Shown: positions 50,527 through 61,300 of the stretch, piece after piece
How the letters are laid out: every line of letters starts with the position of its first letter
How positions within the stretch are numbered: position 1 is the first letter of the stretch
Assembly: GCA_947630765.1 (NCBI GenBank)
Contig: CANRIX010000004.1
Coordinates: forward strand, 15,929-79,928
DNA: 64,000 nt
Direction of reading: 5' to 3'
Source: an uncultured Clostridia bacterium
Lineage (GTDB): Bacteria > Bacillota > Clostridia > Oscillospirales > CAG-382
Position numbers and translations under genes: made by a program
Notes under the pieces: model-generated
The model's input: the letters and a program-made list of their open reading frames with translations, nothing else
The model's database searches: none
What the model was told of the DNA's origin: nothing

Positions 50527-50555
50527 TTGACAAATACCCCATGGGGGTATATAAT
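50527..50555 (+). promoter_or_regulatory. Sigma-A promoter with a CsoR operator in the spacer
   Basis: TTGACA-17-TATAAT enclosing ATACCCCATGGGGGTAT (C/G-tract palindrome typical of CsoR). Confidence 0.88.
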
Positions 50556-50597
50556 GTGCTTGTGAAACGGGAATTTTACAGGGAAAGGGTGGTCAAA

Positions 50598-50909
50598 ATG
50601 GAAAGCAAGACCCCTTGCGAATGCTGCGGCGGGAAGAAAACCGAACGGAGCGAAGCTGAACGCAAAAAACTTATGAACCGCCTCAACCGCATCGAAGGGC
50701 AGGTCCGCGGGATCTGCGGCATGGTTGAACGGGACGCGTACTGTGCGGATATCCTCACGCAATGTGCCGCCGTCAGCGCTGCGCTCAGCGCGTTCAACCG
50801 CGAACTGATCGCGAACCACCTGCGCCACTGCGTTGCGCGGGACCTGCGGGCGGGGAAGGACGAGGTCATCGACGAGCTGGTCGATACGCTGCAAAAGCTG
50901 ATGAAATAA
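50598..50909 (+). CDS. csoR: Copper-sensing repressor CsoR
   Basis: RLNRIEGQVRGI..M...YCADILTQ...HLRHCV. Confidence 0.92.
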   Translation: MESKTPCECCGGKKTERSEAERKKLMNRLNRIEGQVRGICGMVERDAYCADILTQCAAVSAALSAFNRELIANHLRHCVARDLRAGKDEVIDELVDTLQKLMK

Positions 50910-50953
50910 TCCTGCATCCTGCATACAATAATATGTTAGAAAGGGTGAGATAA

Positions 50954-53479
50954 ATGGAGCAATACACCGTAACGGGTATGAGCTGTGCGGCGTGCAGTGC
51001 GCGTGTGGAAAAGGCGGTCCGCGCCGTGCCGGGGGTGAAAAGCTGTGCGGTCAGCCTGCTCACCAATTCGATGGGCGTGGAGGGAAGCGCGTCCCCGCAG
51101 GCGGTCATCGAGGCGGTGCGGAACGCCGGCTACGGCGCGTCCCTCAAGCGGCAGGGCGAACGGCAGGCGGCGAGCGCGCCGGAGGATGCGCTGCGCGACA
51201 CGGAATCCCCGAAGCTGCGTCGCAGATTTCTCGTATCGCTCTTTTTCCTCGCGATCCTGCTGTACGGTTCGATGGGGAATATGCTGTGGGATTGGCCGCT
51301 TCCGCCGTTTTTCGAGGGCAATCACGTCGCGATGGGGCTCGCGCAGCTTCTGCTGACCGTCATCATCATGGAGATCAACCGCAATTTCTTCATCAGCGGG
51401 ACAAAGAGCCTGCTCCACCGTGCGCCGAACATGGACGCACTCGTATCGCTCGGTGCGGCCGCCGCGTTCGGCTACAGCACGTTTTCGCTGTTCGTCATGA
51501 CCGGCGCACAGGCGCGTGGGGACATGGAAACCGTCATGGCGTGCATGGACGGCTTCTATTTCGAGTCCGCCGCCATGATTTTGACGCTCATTACGCTCGG
51601 GAAATGGCTGGAGGCGCGAAGCAAGGGCAAGACCACCGACGCGCTCAAGGGACTTATGAAGCTCGCGCCAAAGACCGCCGTTCTTTTGCGGGACGGCGAA
51701 GAGATCACAGTCCCCGTCGAGCAGGTGCGGAAGGGCGATCGGTTCGTCGTCCGTCCGGGGGAGCAGATCCCGGTCGACGGCGTGGTGACGGAAGGCGGGA
51801 GCGCGGTCAACGAATCCTCCCTGACCGGGGAGAGCATCCCGGTCGATAAAGCGCCGGGGGACGCGGTGTTCGCCGGGACCCTCAACCAGTCCGGCGTGCT
51901 GCGGTGCGAAGCGACCCGTGTCGGCGAGGATACGACGCTTTCGCAGATCATTCGCATGGTCGGCGACGCGGCGGCGACCAAAGCGCCGATCGCAAAGCTC
52001 GCCGACAAGGTGTCCGGGGTGTTCGTCCCGTCGGTCATCGGCGTGGCGTTGGTGACGTTCGCCGTGTGGCTGTTGGTCGGGCGGACGGTCGGGTTCGCGC
52101 TGGCGCGCGGTATCTCGGTGCTGGTCATCAGTTGTCCGTGCGCGTTGGGGCTTGCGACGCCGGTCGCGATCATGGTCGGGAGCGGCGTCGGCGCGAAGAA
52201 CGGCGTGCTGTTCAAGACGGCGGCGTCGCTCGAGGAGACCGGGCGTGCGGAAACCGTCGTGCTGGATAAGACCGGCACGATCACGAAGGGCGAACCGCGC
52301 GTGACCGACGTCCTGCCCGCGCCGAGCGTCACGCGGACGGAGCTGCTCTCCCTCGCCTGCACGCTCGAACGGAACAGCGAACACCCGCTCGCGAAGGCGA
52401 TCCTGCACTTCGCCGGGGAGGACGGCGTGACCGTCGGGGACTGCACCGACTTCCGTGCGCTGCCGGGCAACGGGCTGACCGCCGTCGAGAACGGGGAAAC
52501 GCTCTGCGGCGGGAACTACGCGATGATGCGGGAGCGGGTGAACGTCCCGGACGACCTGCGACGCGCCGCTGAAGCGTTTGCGCAGGACGGAAAGACGCCG
52601 CTGTACTTCGCGCGTGGGGAGGCGCTTGCCGGGGTCGTCGCGGTTTCGGACGTGCTCAAGGAGGAAAGCCCGCAGGCCATTCGGGAACTGCACGGCATGG
52701 GGTTGCGGGTCGTGATGCTGACCGGCGACAACGAGCGCACCGCGAAAGCGATTGGTGCGCAGGCGGGCGTCGACGAGGTGGTCGCCGGGGTTCTGCCGGA
52801 CGGGAAGGCGGCGGTCGTGCGGAAGCTGAAGGCGCAGGGCAAGGTCGTGATGGTCGGCGACGGCATCAACGACGCGCCGGCGCTGACCGAGGCGGACATC
52901 GGCGCCGCCATCGGCGCGGGGACCGACGTCGCCATCGACGCGGCGGACGTGGTGCTGATGAAGAGCCGGCTGACGGACGTGCCGGCGGCGATCCGGCTGG
53001 GTCGTGCGACGCTGCGGAATATCCGCGAAAACCTGTTCTGGGCGTTCTTGTACAACGTCATCGGCATTCCGCTCGCGGCGGGGGTGTTCATCGCCCCGTT
53101 CGGCTGGCAGCTCAATCCGATGTACGGTGCGGCGGCGATGAGCCTTTCAAGCTTCTGTGTCGTGACGAACGCCCTGCGGCTGAACCTGCTTCGTATGTAC
53201 GACGCGAAACACGACAGAAAACGGAAACAAAGACCGAAACGGATACAGATACAAAAGGAGGAAAAACTGGTGGAGAAAACTCTGCAAATTGAAGGCATGA
53301 TGTGCGGACACTGCGAAGCGCGTGTCAAGAAGGCGCTCGAAGCGCTCGACGGCGTAACGCTCGCGACGGTCAGCCATCTTGACGGGACGGCGGTCGTGAC
53401 GCTTTCGCACGACGTGCCCGACGACGACCTGAAACGGGCGGTCGAGGCGCAGGACTACAAAGTCACCGCCGTGCGGTAA
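50954..53479 (+). CDS. copA: Copper-translocating P1B-type ATPase with N- and C-terminal HMA domains
   Basis: GMSCAAC, TGES, CPC, DKTGT, SEHP, GDGINDAP, YN, C-terminal GMMCGHC. Confidence 0.95.
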   Translation: MEQYTVTGMSCAACSARVEKAVRAVPGVKSCAVSLLTNSMGVEGSASPQAVIEAVRNAGYGASLKRQGERQAASAPEDALRDTESPKLRRRFLVSLFFLAILLYGSMGNMLWDWPLPPFFEGNHVAMGLAQLLLTVIIMEINRNFFISGTKSLLHRAPNMDALVSLGAAAAFGYSTFSLFVMTGAQARGDMETVMACMDGFYFESAAMILTLITLGKWLEARSKGKTTDALKGLMKLAPKTAVLLRDGEEITVPVEQVRKGDRFVVRPGEQIPVDGVVTEGGSAVNESSLTGESIPVDKAPGDAVFAGTLNQSGVLRCEATRVGEDTTLSQIIRMVGDAAATKAPIAKLADKVSGVFVPSVIGVALVTFAVWLLVGRTVGFALARGISVLVISCPCALGLATPVAIMVGSGVGAKNGVLFKTAASLEETGRAETVVLDKTGTITKGEPRVTDVLPAPSVTRTELLSLACTLERNSEHPLAKAILHFAGEDGVTVGDCTDFRALPGNGLTAVENGETLCGGNYAMMRERVNVPDDLRRAAEAFAQDGKTPLYFARGEALAGVVAVSDVLKEESPQAIRELHGMGLRVVMLTGDNERTAKAIGAQAGVDEVVAGVLPDGKAAVVRKLKAQGKVVMVGDGINDAPALTEADIGAAIGAGTDVAIDAADVVLMKSRLTDVPAAIRLGRATLRNIRENLFWAFLYNVIGIPLAAGVFIAPFGWQLNPMYGAAAMSLSSFCVVTNALRLNLLRMYDAKHDRKRKQRPKRIQIQKEEKLVEKTLQIEGMMCGHCEARVKKALEALDGVTLATVSHLDGTAVVTLSHDVPDDDLKRAVEAQDYKVTAVR

Positions 53480-53638
53480 AAAAGGGACGGGGCGCCGGAG
53501 CGAAAACGCTTCGGTCCGCCCCGAACCCTTCGCGATTCGGACGACTTAACGAGGTTGGTAAGATTCGTATCGTTTTGCGTGCTGTTTTTTGCAAGCGGGT
53601 CGTGGTATTCTATAAGCACAAAGCGCAGGAGGTCATTC

Positions 53639-54046
53639 ATGAATATCGGAAGAACGATTAAGGAGTTACGGCAGAAACGGGGACTCACACAGGAGGAATT
53701 CTCGGAAGCGCTACGGGTATCCGTCCAAACCGTTTCCCGCTGGGAAAACGGCGTGAACGCCCCAGACCTGTCCATGCTTCCGCAGCTCGCCCTCTATTTC
53801 GGAGTGACCGCAGACTATTTACTGGGCTTGGAAAGGAATGATACCATGGCAAAACTGCTGAAAACCACCGAAGTCTTTGAATTGGCGTCCAAACAGGAGG
53901 CCGAGGAAATGGTCCTGAAATTCAAGGGGGAAAAATTCCCTGTGTTGAAGGACTACAGGATTACTTCCCACGGGGATACGGTGATTCTTGAGGTCGTCAA
54001 GGAATTCAACAGCGAATTGGACCGTATGCGGTTTGAAGGGCCGTGA
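53639..54046 (+). CDS. XRE-family HTH protein with small C-terminal domain
   Basis: LTQEEFSEALRVSVQTVSRWENG; AGGAGG RBS. Confidence 0.85.
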   Translation: MNIGRTIKELRQKRGLTQEEFSEALRVSVQTVSRWENGVNAPDLSMLPQLALYFGVTADYLLGLERNDTMAKLLKTTEVFELASKQEAEEMVLKFKGEKFPVLKDYRITSHGDTVILEVVKEFNSELDRMRFEGP

Positions 54047-54242
54047 CCGACGGCGGACACGATTGAACCGCCGTGCAAAGAAAACGCTCTGTGCGATGGG
54101 AAATTCGCCGGAGCGTTTTCCGTTGGATATAAATATTTTACAAATGCGCAAAAATTCATTCACGAATTCGACATAAGACTTCAGTATAATTGCAGAATAC
54201 CCGATGCATGGTGATTTGAATCCCCTCGAAAGGCAGGAACCT

Positions 54243-55526
54243 ATGAATAATCCATATAGCGACTACATATCAAACATGGAATTTTCATCCAATGTCAAGG
54301 ATACCGTGAAAGTTTATGACGCAAACATTTATGCCACGCAAATGGAAGAGGATCTCTCTGCTTTGGAATATATCTTATGCAATATATACAGCGGAAAAGA
54401 TTTTTTGAAAAAAAGAGGCATTGATATTTCTGGCAGACTGAATGATTTAAGATCAAAAATCATTCGTGTGGACCGTATGAACAAGGTTGAATTTTTTGAA
54501 GTATTGTGTGCGGCACTTCGTGAAATTGAGGATAATCACCTTGTTTTTACGCTTCCGTACTTTGAAAAAACGCATCGGTTCTGCATACATCATACAGTTT
54601 ATTTTGCCGATTTTGTATTGCAAAAAAGGGAAGATGAATACATTGTATCTGCGTCCGATGATCCGTCAATAAAGTGCAGAGATATTATTACAGCCGAGGA
54701 AGCCCATCTGTATCCAACCGCGGACGGTCAACTGCTATACGGTGTTTTCAGTAAACAGCGTATACAAACGGTCGCATGTGTCTGCAATGGCAGAGAAGTC
54801 AGGATAAATGTTTCCCCTGTTCCTACCAAAAAATCAGATGCAAAGATCTGGTCGTATGAGAAATATCAGAATATTGATCTTGTAACGATCCATCGATTTG
54901 CCGCATTCAATGAAGCGGAAAAGCAGGATATGAACGAGTTGCTCTCATTGGGAAGCAAACTCAAGAAATCAAAGCAGATCATTATTGATTTGCGTGGTAA
55001 TTACGGCGGAGATTCGGAATATGTACGGCAATTCGTTGAAAATCTTAACGGTCGTGCGGTTTTCAATTTGGGATACGCAAAACTGAATACGCAAGGCAGC
55101 AGACTGGCGGAAATCAGTCTTTATACGCCGAATTTGCACGACTATGAGAAAACGAAAAAGGAGATTTTAGCGGATCCTGCTGCTCAATGGCAATGTACCG
55201 CTGAACAACCCATTTATGCAGGACAATATCAAAATGACCTTCTTTTATTGACCGACAGGGAAACCGCTTCTTCCGCGGAAATTATGGTAAAGTGTGTAAA
55301 AGATAACATTCCGCAATGCGTTGTGATCGGTGAGAATACGAGCGGAACATTGAGCACCGGGGATATTCGGTATTTTTACTTGCCGAATTCGCTTATTTTT
55401 CTAAACATTCCCACAGCGATATTTGCCGGCGTCTTTGAGGAAGGAACCGGCTTCCTTCCTGATTTTTGGAGTAAAGACGCTATGCAATGCGCCATAAACG
55501 TATGCTTGACAAAGAATTTGAATTGA
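54243..55526 (+). CDS. S41 family peptidase
   Basis: IIDLRGNYGG, TASSAE, IGENTSG, GFLPD; AT-rich. Confidence 0.85.
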   Translation: MNNPYSDYISNMEFSSNVKDTVKVYDANIYATQMEEDLSALEYILCNIYSGKDFLKKRGIDISGRLNDLRSKIIRVDRMNKVEFFEVLCAALREIEDNHLVFTLPYFEKTHRFCIHHTVYFADFVLQKREDEYIVSASDDPSIKCRDIITAEEAHLYPTADGQLLYGVFSKQRIQTVACVCNGREVRINVSPVPTKKSDAKIWSYEKYQNIDLVTIHRFAAFNEAEKQDMNELLSLGSKLKKSKQIIIDLRGNYGGDSEYVRQFVENLNGRAVFNLGYAKLNTQGSRLAEISLYTPNLHDYEKTKKEILADPAAQWQCTAEQPIYAGQYQNDLLLLTDRETASSAEIMVKCVKDNIPQCVVIGENTSGTLSTGDIRYFYLPNSLIFLNIPTAIFAGVFEEGTGFLPDFWSKDAMQCAINVCLTKNLN

Positions 55527-55656
55527 AAATTCTGCGTTTTGCGATTGCTTCCTGTGGAGGAGGTATTTATGGATTTATCTATCAGAAAACTTCATGTTTA
55601 CACAACAAAACCCCCGGAACGGCAGTCAAGACCACCGATTTATCGGTGGTCCTGAC

Positions 55657-55848
55657 TAAAATCTCGTTTCGGAGACGGACATGCGCCGGCTCCGAAACAC
55701 ATCCAGAGAAAACCGGCGAAGGTGGCGTCAGCATTGGCGCAAGCCGAGCCATTTTTCGATGAAAGGGGAGTATTCGGGGGGAAAACACGGAACAAGGCGG
55801 AGCGCACGAAGTGTGCGGAGTCGCCGCGATCGTGTTTGCCCCCCGAAA
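55657..55848 (-). repeat. Dispersed structured element, copy D
   Basis: Very similar to copy B over ~180 bp. Confidence 0.9.
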
Positions 55849-55854
55849 GATGTT

Positions 55855-55992
55855 TTAATTCCCCCCCGGCCCGTCGCGGCGCGGGCGGTCGTCCGGGACT
55901 TCCAGCTTGCCCTTGATCTTGCTCGGGTCGGTGCGCGGTTTTTTGGGTTTCGGCTCCGCGTTTTCGGCGGTGCGCTTTTTGGGTTCCTGCAT
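55855..55992 (-). CDS. 45-aa small basic hydrophilic protein
   Basis: AAGGAGGG RBS; MQEPKK...EVPDDRPRRDGPGGN; sigF-like promoter upstream. Confidence 0.7.
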   Translation of the reverse strand: MQEPKKRTAENAEPKPKKPRTDPSKIKGKLEVPDDRPRRDGPGGN

Positions 55993-56015
55993 GGCGTATT
56001 CCCTCCTTTTGCGGG

Positions 56016-56045
56016 TAGTTTTCCCGATTTCGCGGGAACGCATAC
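56016..56045 (-). promoter_or_regulatory. Putative sigma-F (forespore) promoter
   Basis: Reverse complement GTATG-15-GGGAAAACTA vs consensus GYATA-15-GGnnAnAnTw. Confidence 0.6.
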
Positions 56046-56047
56046 CC

Positions 56048-56084
56048 CAAAAATTGAGAACCCACGGTCCCGTGGGTTCTCAAT
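56048..56084 (-). terminator. Intrinsic terminator of the rubrerythrin transcript (beyond repeat copy E)
   Basis: Perfect 14-bp stem ATTGAGAACCCACG/CGTGGGTTCTCAAT followed by Ts on the - strand. Confidence 0.7.
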
Positions 56085-56273
56085 ACAATCAAAATATCGT
56101 CCCGTAGGCGGGCGTGTACCGCCGGAGGGACACAATAAGAGAAAACCGGCGATGGCGGCGTCAGAATTGGCGCAAGCCAAGCCGGTTTTCGACGAAGGGG
56201 GAGTATTTGAGGGGGGAACGCAGAGCGAGACAGTTCGTAGAACTGTCGACGCGATTGTGGTCCCGCCTCAAAA
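56082..56273 (-). repeat. Dispersed structured element, copy E
   Basis: Same blocks as A-D with compensatory stem changes. Confidence 0.88.
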
Positions 56274-56275
56274 AA

Positions 56276-56827
56276 TTAATAGTTCTCGGCATGTACCTCA
56301 AAGAAGCTCTGCGGGTGTGCGCAGACCGGGCAGACCTGCGGCGCTTTCGTGCCGACGACGATATGCCCGCAGTTGCGGCATTCCCAAACCTTCACTTCGC
56401 TCTTCTCAAAGACCTGTGCCGTTTCGAGGTTCTTCAGCAGGGCGCGGTAGCGCTCCTCGTGGGTCTTTTCGATGGCGGCGACCATGCGGAACCGGGCGGC
56501 GAGCGCCGTAAAGCCTTCCGCTTCGGCGGTTTTCGCGAAGCCTTCGTACATATCCGTCCATTCGTAGTTTTCGCCGTCCGCCGCATCGGCGAGGTTTTCG
56601 GCGGTACTGCCGATGCCGCCAAGCTCCTTGAGCCAGAGTTTGGCGTGCTCTTTTTCGTTGTCCGCGGTCTTGAGGAACAAAGCGGACATCTGCTCGTAGC
56701 CTTCCTTCTTGGCGACGGAAGCAAAGTAGGTGTACTTGTTTCTCGCTTGGGACTCCCCGGCAAACGCGGCCTGCAGATTCTTTTCGGTCTGCGTACCGGC
56801 ATACGGATTCTTCTTTTCGCTCATCAT
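56276..56827 (-). CDS. rbr: Rubrerythrin
   Basis: [31 protein letters not shown]...CPVCAHP. Confidence 0.96.
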   Translation of the reverse strand: MMSEKKNPYAGTQTEKNLQAAFAGESQARNKYTYFASVAKKEGYEQMSALFLKTADNEKEHAKLWLKELGGIGSTAENLADAADGENYEWTDMYEGFAKTAEAEGFTALAARFRMVAAIEKTHEERYRALLKNLETAQVFEKSEVKVWECRNCGHIVVGTKAPQVCPVCAHPQSFFEVHAENY

Positions 56828-56966
56828 AAACCCTTCCTTTCACTTTTTATGGTTGTATAGAAAGTATACCATAAAAAAATGCCCCTGTCAAGAGAGCATT
56901 TGCAAATTGTGATTCCCCCCAAACATACGGGGGGTGTGGGGGACGCGACGTCCCCCACCGTACCTC

Positions 56967-57608
56967 TCACGAAAGCAGCAGCGCTTCCAACGCCTCCACG
57001 CGGCTGACGAGGAAGTCCGCGCCCTTCAACGCCGACGCGGACCGAAACCCCCAAAGGACGGCGCAAACGTCCACGGACGCGGCGCGTGCGACCGCGATAT
57101 CCACCTCGCTGTCGCCGACGTAGAGGACGGACCGCGCGTCCGCGCCGAGCGCACGCATGACGCGCAACAGGCACGCCGGGTCCGGCTTGCGGGGCATCCC
57201 CGGCCCGGTGCCGCAGATCTCGCCGACGTCCTCGCCGAAGAACCGGCGCAGAAGCTGCACGGTGAACGGGTGCGCCTTGTTGCTGACCACCCCGACCGGC
57301 AGACCCCGTTCCCGCAGACGACGCAGCAGTGCGGGGATCCCGTCGTAGGGGCGCGTGAAGTCCGCGACGTGTGCGCCGTAATAGATGCCGAACCGTTCGA
57401 GCGCTTCCGCCTGCACGTCCTCGCCGCACCCGTCGGGCAGCATCCGACGAATCAGCGTCGGGATACCGTTGCCGATGAAGGTCTTGTAGCGCTCGACCGG
57501 GTGTGTCGGATAGCCGAACGAGCGCAGGACGTGGTTGCCCGCCCCCGCGAGGTCCGCGAGCGTGTCCAGCAGCGTCCCGTCCAGGTCAAAAATGACGCAG
57601 GAATACAT
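56967..57608 (-). CDS. HAD-family hydrolase (phosphoglycolate phosphatase-like)
   Basis: FDLDGTL, SNK, KPDP, VGDSEVD. Confidence 0.92.
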   Translation of the reverse strand: MYSCVIFDLDGTLLDTLADLAGAGNHVLRSFGYPTHPVERYKTFIGNGIPTLIRRMLPDGCGEDVQAEALERFGIYYGAHVADFTRPYDGIPALLRRLRERGLPVGVVSNKAHPFTVQLLRRFFGEDVGEICGTGPGMPRKPDPACLLRVMRALGADARSVLYVGDSEVDIAVARAASVDVCAVLWGFRSASALKGADFLVSRVEALEALLLS

Positions 57609-57613
57609 AGGGG

Positions 57614-58066
57614 TCAGTTGCCGGTGTAGGCCCTCGACGTGATGACCGTGCCGTCCTTGGCGAGGTATTCCACGACGAGGGAAACGATGTCCGGCACGGC
57701 GGCGCGCATCTGGGAGAGCGAGAGAAGGAAAGTGCTTTCATTATTCGCAAGTCCGTCGTCAAGCGCGGTCTTCATGGCGGCCAGGGCGTCCTTGTCGTAT
57801 TCGGTCGTGTACCGATAGCTGTATACCAACGACCCTTCGCGGGCAAAGATGTCCAGATCCATGCCCATTGAAGCGACGGACTGCTTGATGGGATCCAACT
57901 GCTCCGCGGAATCCGCGATGGCCTGCTCGATCTGTTCGTTGAGGTCTTTCACATCGGACAGCGGACCGTCGTTGCCGCCGATTTTGGAAACGCACCCCGT
58001 AAGCGCGGCGCAAAGCAGAGCGCACGCCAAAAGCAGGGAGAGCATGGAGAAAATTTGATGTTTCAT
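57614..58066 (-). CDS. Hypothetical lipoprotein (DUF4854-like)
   Basis: Lipobox LTGC; C-terminal VVEYLAKDGTVITSRAY. Confidence 0.7.
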   Translation of the reverse strand: MKHQIFSMLSLLLACALLCAALTGCVSKIGGNDGPLSDVKDLNEQIEQAIADSAEQLDPIKQSVASMGMDLDIFAREGSLVYSYRYTTEYDKDALAAMKTALDDGLANNESTFLLSLSQMRAAVPDIVSLVVEYLAKDGTVITSRAYTGN

Positions 58067-58329
58067 CGGGAAAAACTCCTTTTTTCGCATGATAGGGTTC
58101 TTTTAAGGAGAGCATAACACAATATGCTGAATTTCGCCTGAAATTTATGGCATTTCCGAAAAAAATCCCACGTCCGACAGCAAAAAAACGAGCCGAGAAC
58201 CGTGCGAGGACGAGAGATTCGTTTTTTCGGAGCATTTTCCCCATCGTTCGCAGGGAAAAAGGCTGCCCCACAAGCGCTTTTGCTCGTGGGGCAGCCCTTT
58301 TATCGCTTGGATGCCCGAATCGTCAATCG

Positions 58330-61300
58330 TCAGTCAGTGGGACGACGCTTTTTCAGGCGGGCCAGCAGCACCAGTGCGCCGCCGGAAGACAGGATCAGCA
58401 GCGGCCAAACGTACCGAATGCCTTCGTCGCCTGTTTGCGGGCTTTGGGATTCGTTGTCGCTCGGAGCGCTCCCCGAATCGGAATCCGTACTGGTGCTCGG
58501 TTCGGGCTGAGGATCCGGGTCAGGCTGGGGATCCGGGTCAGGCTGGGGATCCGGGTCAGGCTGGGGATCCGGGTCAGGTTGGGGATCCGGGTCAGGTTGG
58601 GGATCCGGGTCGGGCTGAGGATCCGGGTCGGGCTGAGGATCCGGGTCAGGCTGAGGATCCGAGCCGGTTGCGGGGATCACAGTCTGCTCCTTCGTGATCT
58701 CCTCCGTCAGGGCCTCGTCCGCAAAGTACTTTTCACACGTCTCGCAATACCAGTAATCAATATTGCCGTCCTCGGTGGCAGTCGCCTCTTTTGCCTCGAC
58801 CTTTTTGGCGCTGTGTCCCAGCGCGTCGGTCAGAACGATTCTTGTGTCGCTGTGCTCCTGCCCTTCAAAGACCAGCGTCGCCGTGTAGACGGTTTCGCCG
58901 CCTTCGGTGCAGGAAGGTTCCTTGGAGATTTCGCTCGTGACGGTTACGTCGGGCGAAACCGTTTCACCGCACTGCGCGCAGGGGATCGTCGCCGTACAGG
59001 AGCTGCAGTCCTCCGACCAAGCCCAAAGAACGGCGCTGCCCGCGTAGTTGTGTCCTGTGGCGGGAACCGTCTGTGAGGTTTCCATATGGCAAACTGCGCA
59101 GACGCTGACGCTTATGCCCTCTGTCGTACAGCCGGCGGGCAAGGATTTTTGGGAATCGAAAACCATTTCGTGCGGCGGAAGCTCGCCTTCCTCAACCACG
59201 GTGTTCTGCAGACCGCACAGCGTGCATTCGTAAACCTTCTCCGCGTGACGCGTGCAGGTTGCAGGGACTGTTTTCACAGGTTCGCTGCCGAATTGGTGTC
59301 CGATCATGGGCAGGGTGACGCTCTTCTCATCGGATATGGTTTCGTCGCCGATTTGATAGGTCGCCGTGTAGGTCGCCGTTCCTTCTTCGGTGCAGCTGGG
59401 CGCTTTGGTGGTGAAAGGCTCGCCGACTACGCCGGCAAAGGTCTCTTGATGGGTTTCATCGTTTTTGCAGGTCAACGTAACCGAAGCGGTGAATCCGTTC
59501 TCGCCGGACCAAGTCCATTTGGCGGATGCGCCGTCCCAATCGTGACCTGTCGCGGGAAGCACCGTCGGCGGTTCGATGATATCGCCGCAGAGCTTGCACT
59601 TTTGACCGCCGGTCCTTCCTTCTTCCGTGCAGGTCGCGGGGATCTCCTCCATCGCTTCGGGCGTATGGTTATCGCTGGTCATTTCAAAGCCGCAGATTTT
59701 GCATTTGGAGCCCTTCGTGTGACCGTCAAAGTCGTGACCCGTCGCGAGAATACGTTTCTCCTCCACCTGCCAGTAGCCGCAGACGGAGCACTGCTCGCCG
59801 GCGGTGTGACCGTCTTCGGTGCAGGTGGCGTCCTTTGCGGGCGTGGTTACGATGGTGTGACCGTCCGTGCAGAGGAAATAGTCGCATTTCGTGCAATGGC
59901 CGGTTTCATCGGGGGTGTGTCCCGTCGCGGTCCCTTCCAGGGTCTGCAGCTTCGTCTCGTCGCACCACACGCATTGCAGGATCTTAACCGCGTCTTCCGT
60001 GCAGGTGGCGGGCTTTGTTTCCACTTCGTTTTCAAACTTGTGGTCGACCTTGGACCCTTCCGAGGTGTCGAGGAGGGTTTCCGTAACGCCGCAGCCCTTG
60101 CGCGTGCAGGTCGCCGTATAGCTTCTGCCTTGGCAGGTCACGCCGATCGACGTATCCTCGTCGGACTTGGCGAAGATATGGCCGAGCGCGGGGAGCTCCT
60201 CGCCCTTGGAAAGTTCGGTTCCGCACACGGTGCATTTGATATAGTCACGCTTGCCGCTTTCGGTGCAGGTGGGATTTTTGCCCGCCGTGTAGCAGTCCGC
60301 GTCGTTCTTGTCGATGGTGTGACCGGTAGCGGGGATCTCGCGGCCTTCCGTGATGGTCTGTCCGCAGTCCGCGCACACGGTGCCGACTTCGTAGCCGCTT
60401 TCGGTGCAGGTGGCTTTTTTCGCTTCGCGCGTGGAATCGGGATTCGGAACGATATTCGTATGCGTGCAGACGGCGGGGACGACCGGCGTTCCGTAATTCT
60501 CCGCCTCTACTTCCTTGACGGTTTCGGGAATAAACGTGACGTTGAGGACGGCGTCCTTCGCGGGGGATTCGACGGTGAAGCTGTTGCCGTCGAGTTCTAC
60601 TTCGGTCCCGTCGAGCGAGACTGTATTGACGACGTAGCCCGGCTTCGGATTGACCGTGAAGGTCATTTCCGTGCCGGAAGCAATCTGCACGTTGCCGTTT
60701 TCCCCGATCGCTTCGACGGTTTCCCCGTCCTTTTCGTATTCCACAGTGCCGTTGGAATCGGAAACGACGATCAGCGTCTTTTCCGTCTGGGCGGCGGCCG
60801 CGGAACCGTCCGGCTTTTGGACGGCGACGATTTCAAACGGGGAGAACGCGCTGCACATGATGACCATGCCGTAAGGCGTGGGGATCACGGTGATCTCGTC
60901 TACACCGACGATGTGCTCGCCCCATTTGTGGTTGTTCGGGTCCGCTTTCAGGGCGGAGCAGGGGTGATCCGCCTCGTTTTCGGGAGCGCAGCGGGTGAAG
61001 TGGTAGGCCTTCAGCTCCACTTCTCCGCTTCCGAGGCTCTCGTACGTCACGCCTGCGGGGTAGCCCACCTGCACGCGCAGGGACTCTCCCTGATTGGGCT
61101 TGAGTTTGACCATCGGGCAGATGCGGTTGAAGTTGATCTCAAAGACGGAGGAGGTGAGGATGCTGCCGTCCACTTCTCCGTTTTCCTCGAGGTAGGAGTC
61201 GATCTTCTGGTACTCCTCCCGGTCGCCCGCGCCCTTGCTCTTATTTTCGACGACGAGCATCAGCCGCCCGTTCAGGTCGCTGGTGTTCATCTCCTTGCTG

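Noticed and set aside
58505-58661. Regular repeat array as a possible CRISPR
   Set aside because: 18-bp head-to-tail units with no spacers, in frame within a CDS; no cas genes
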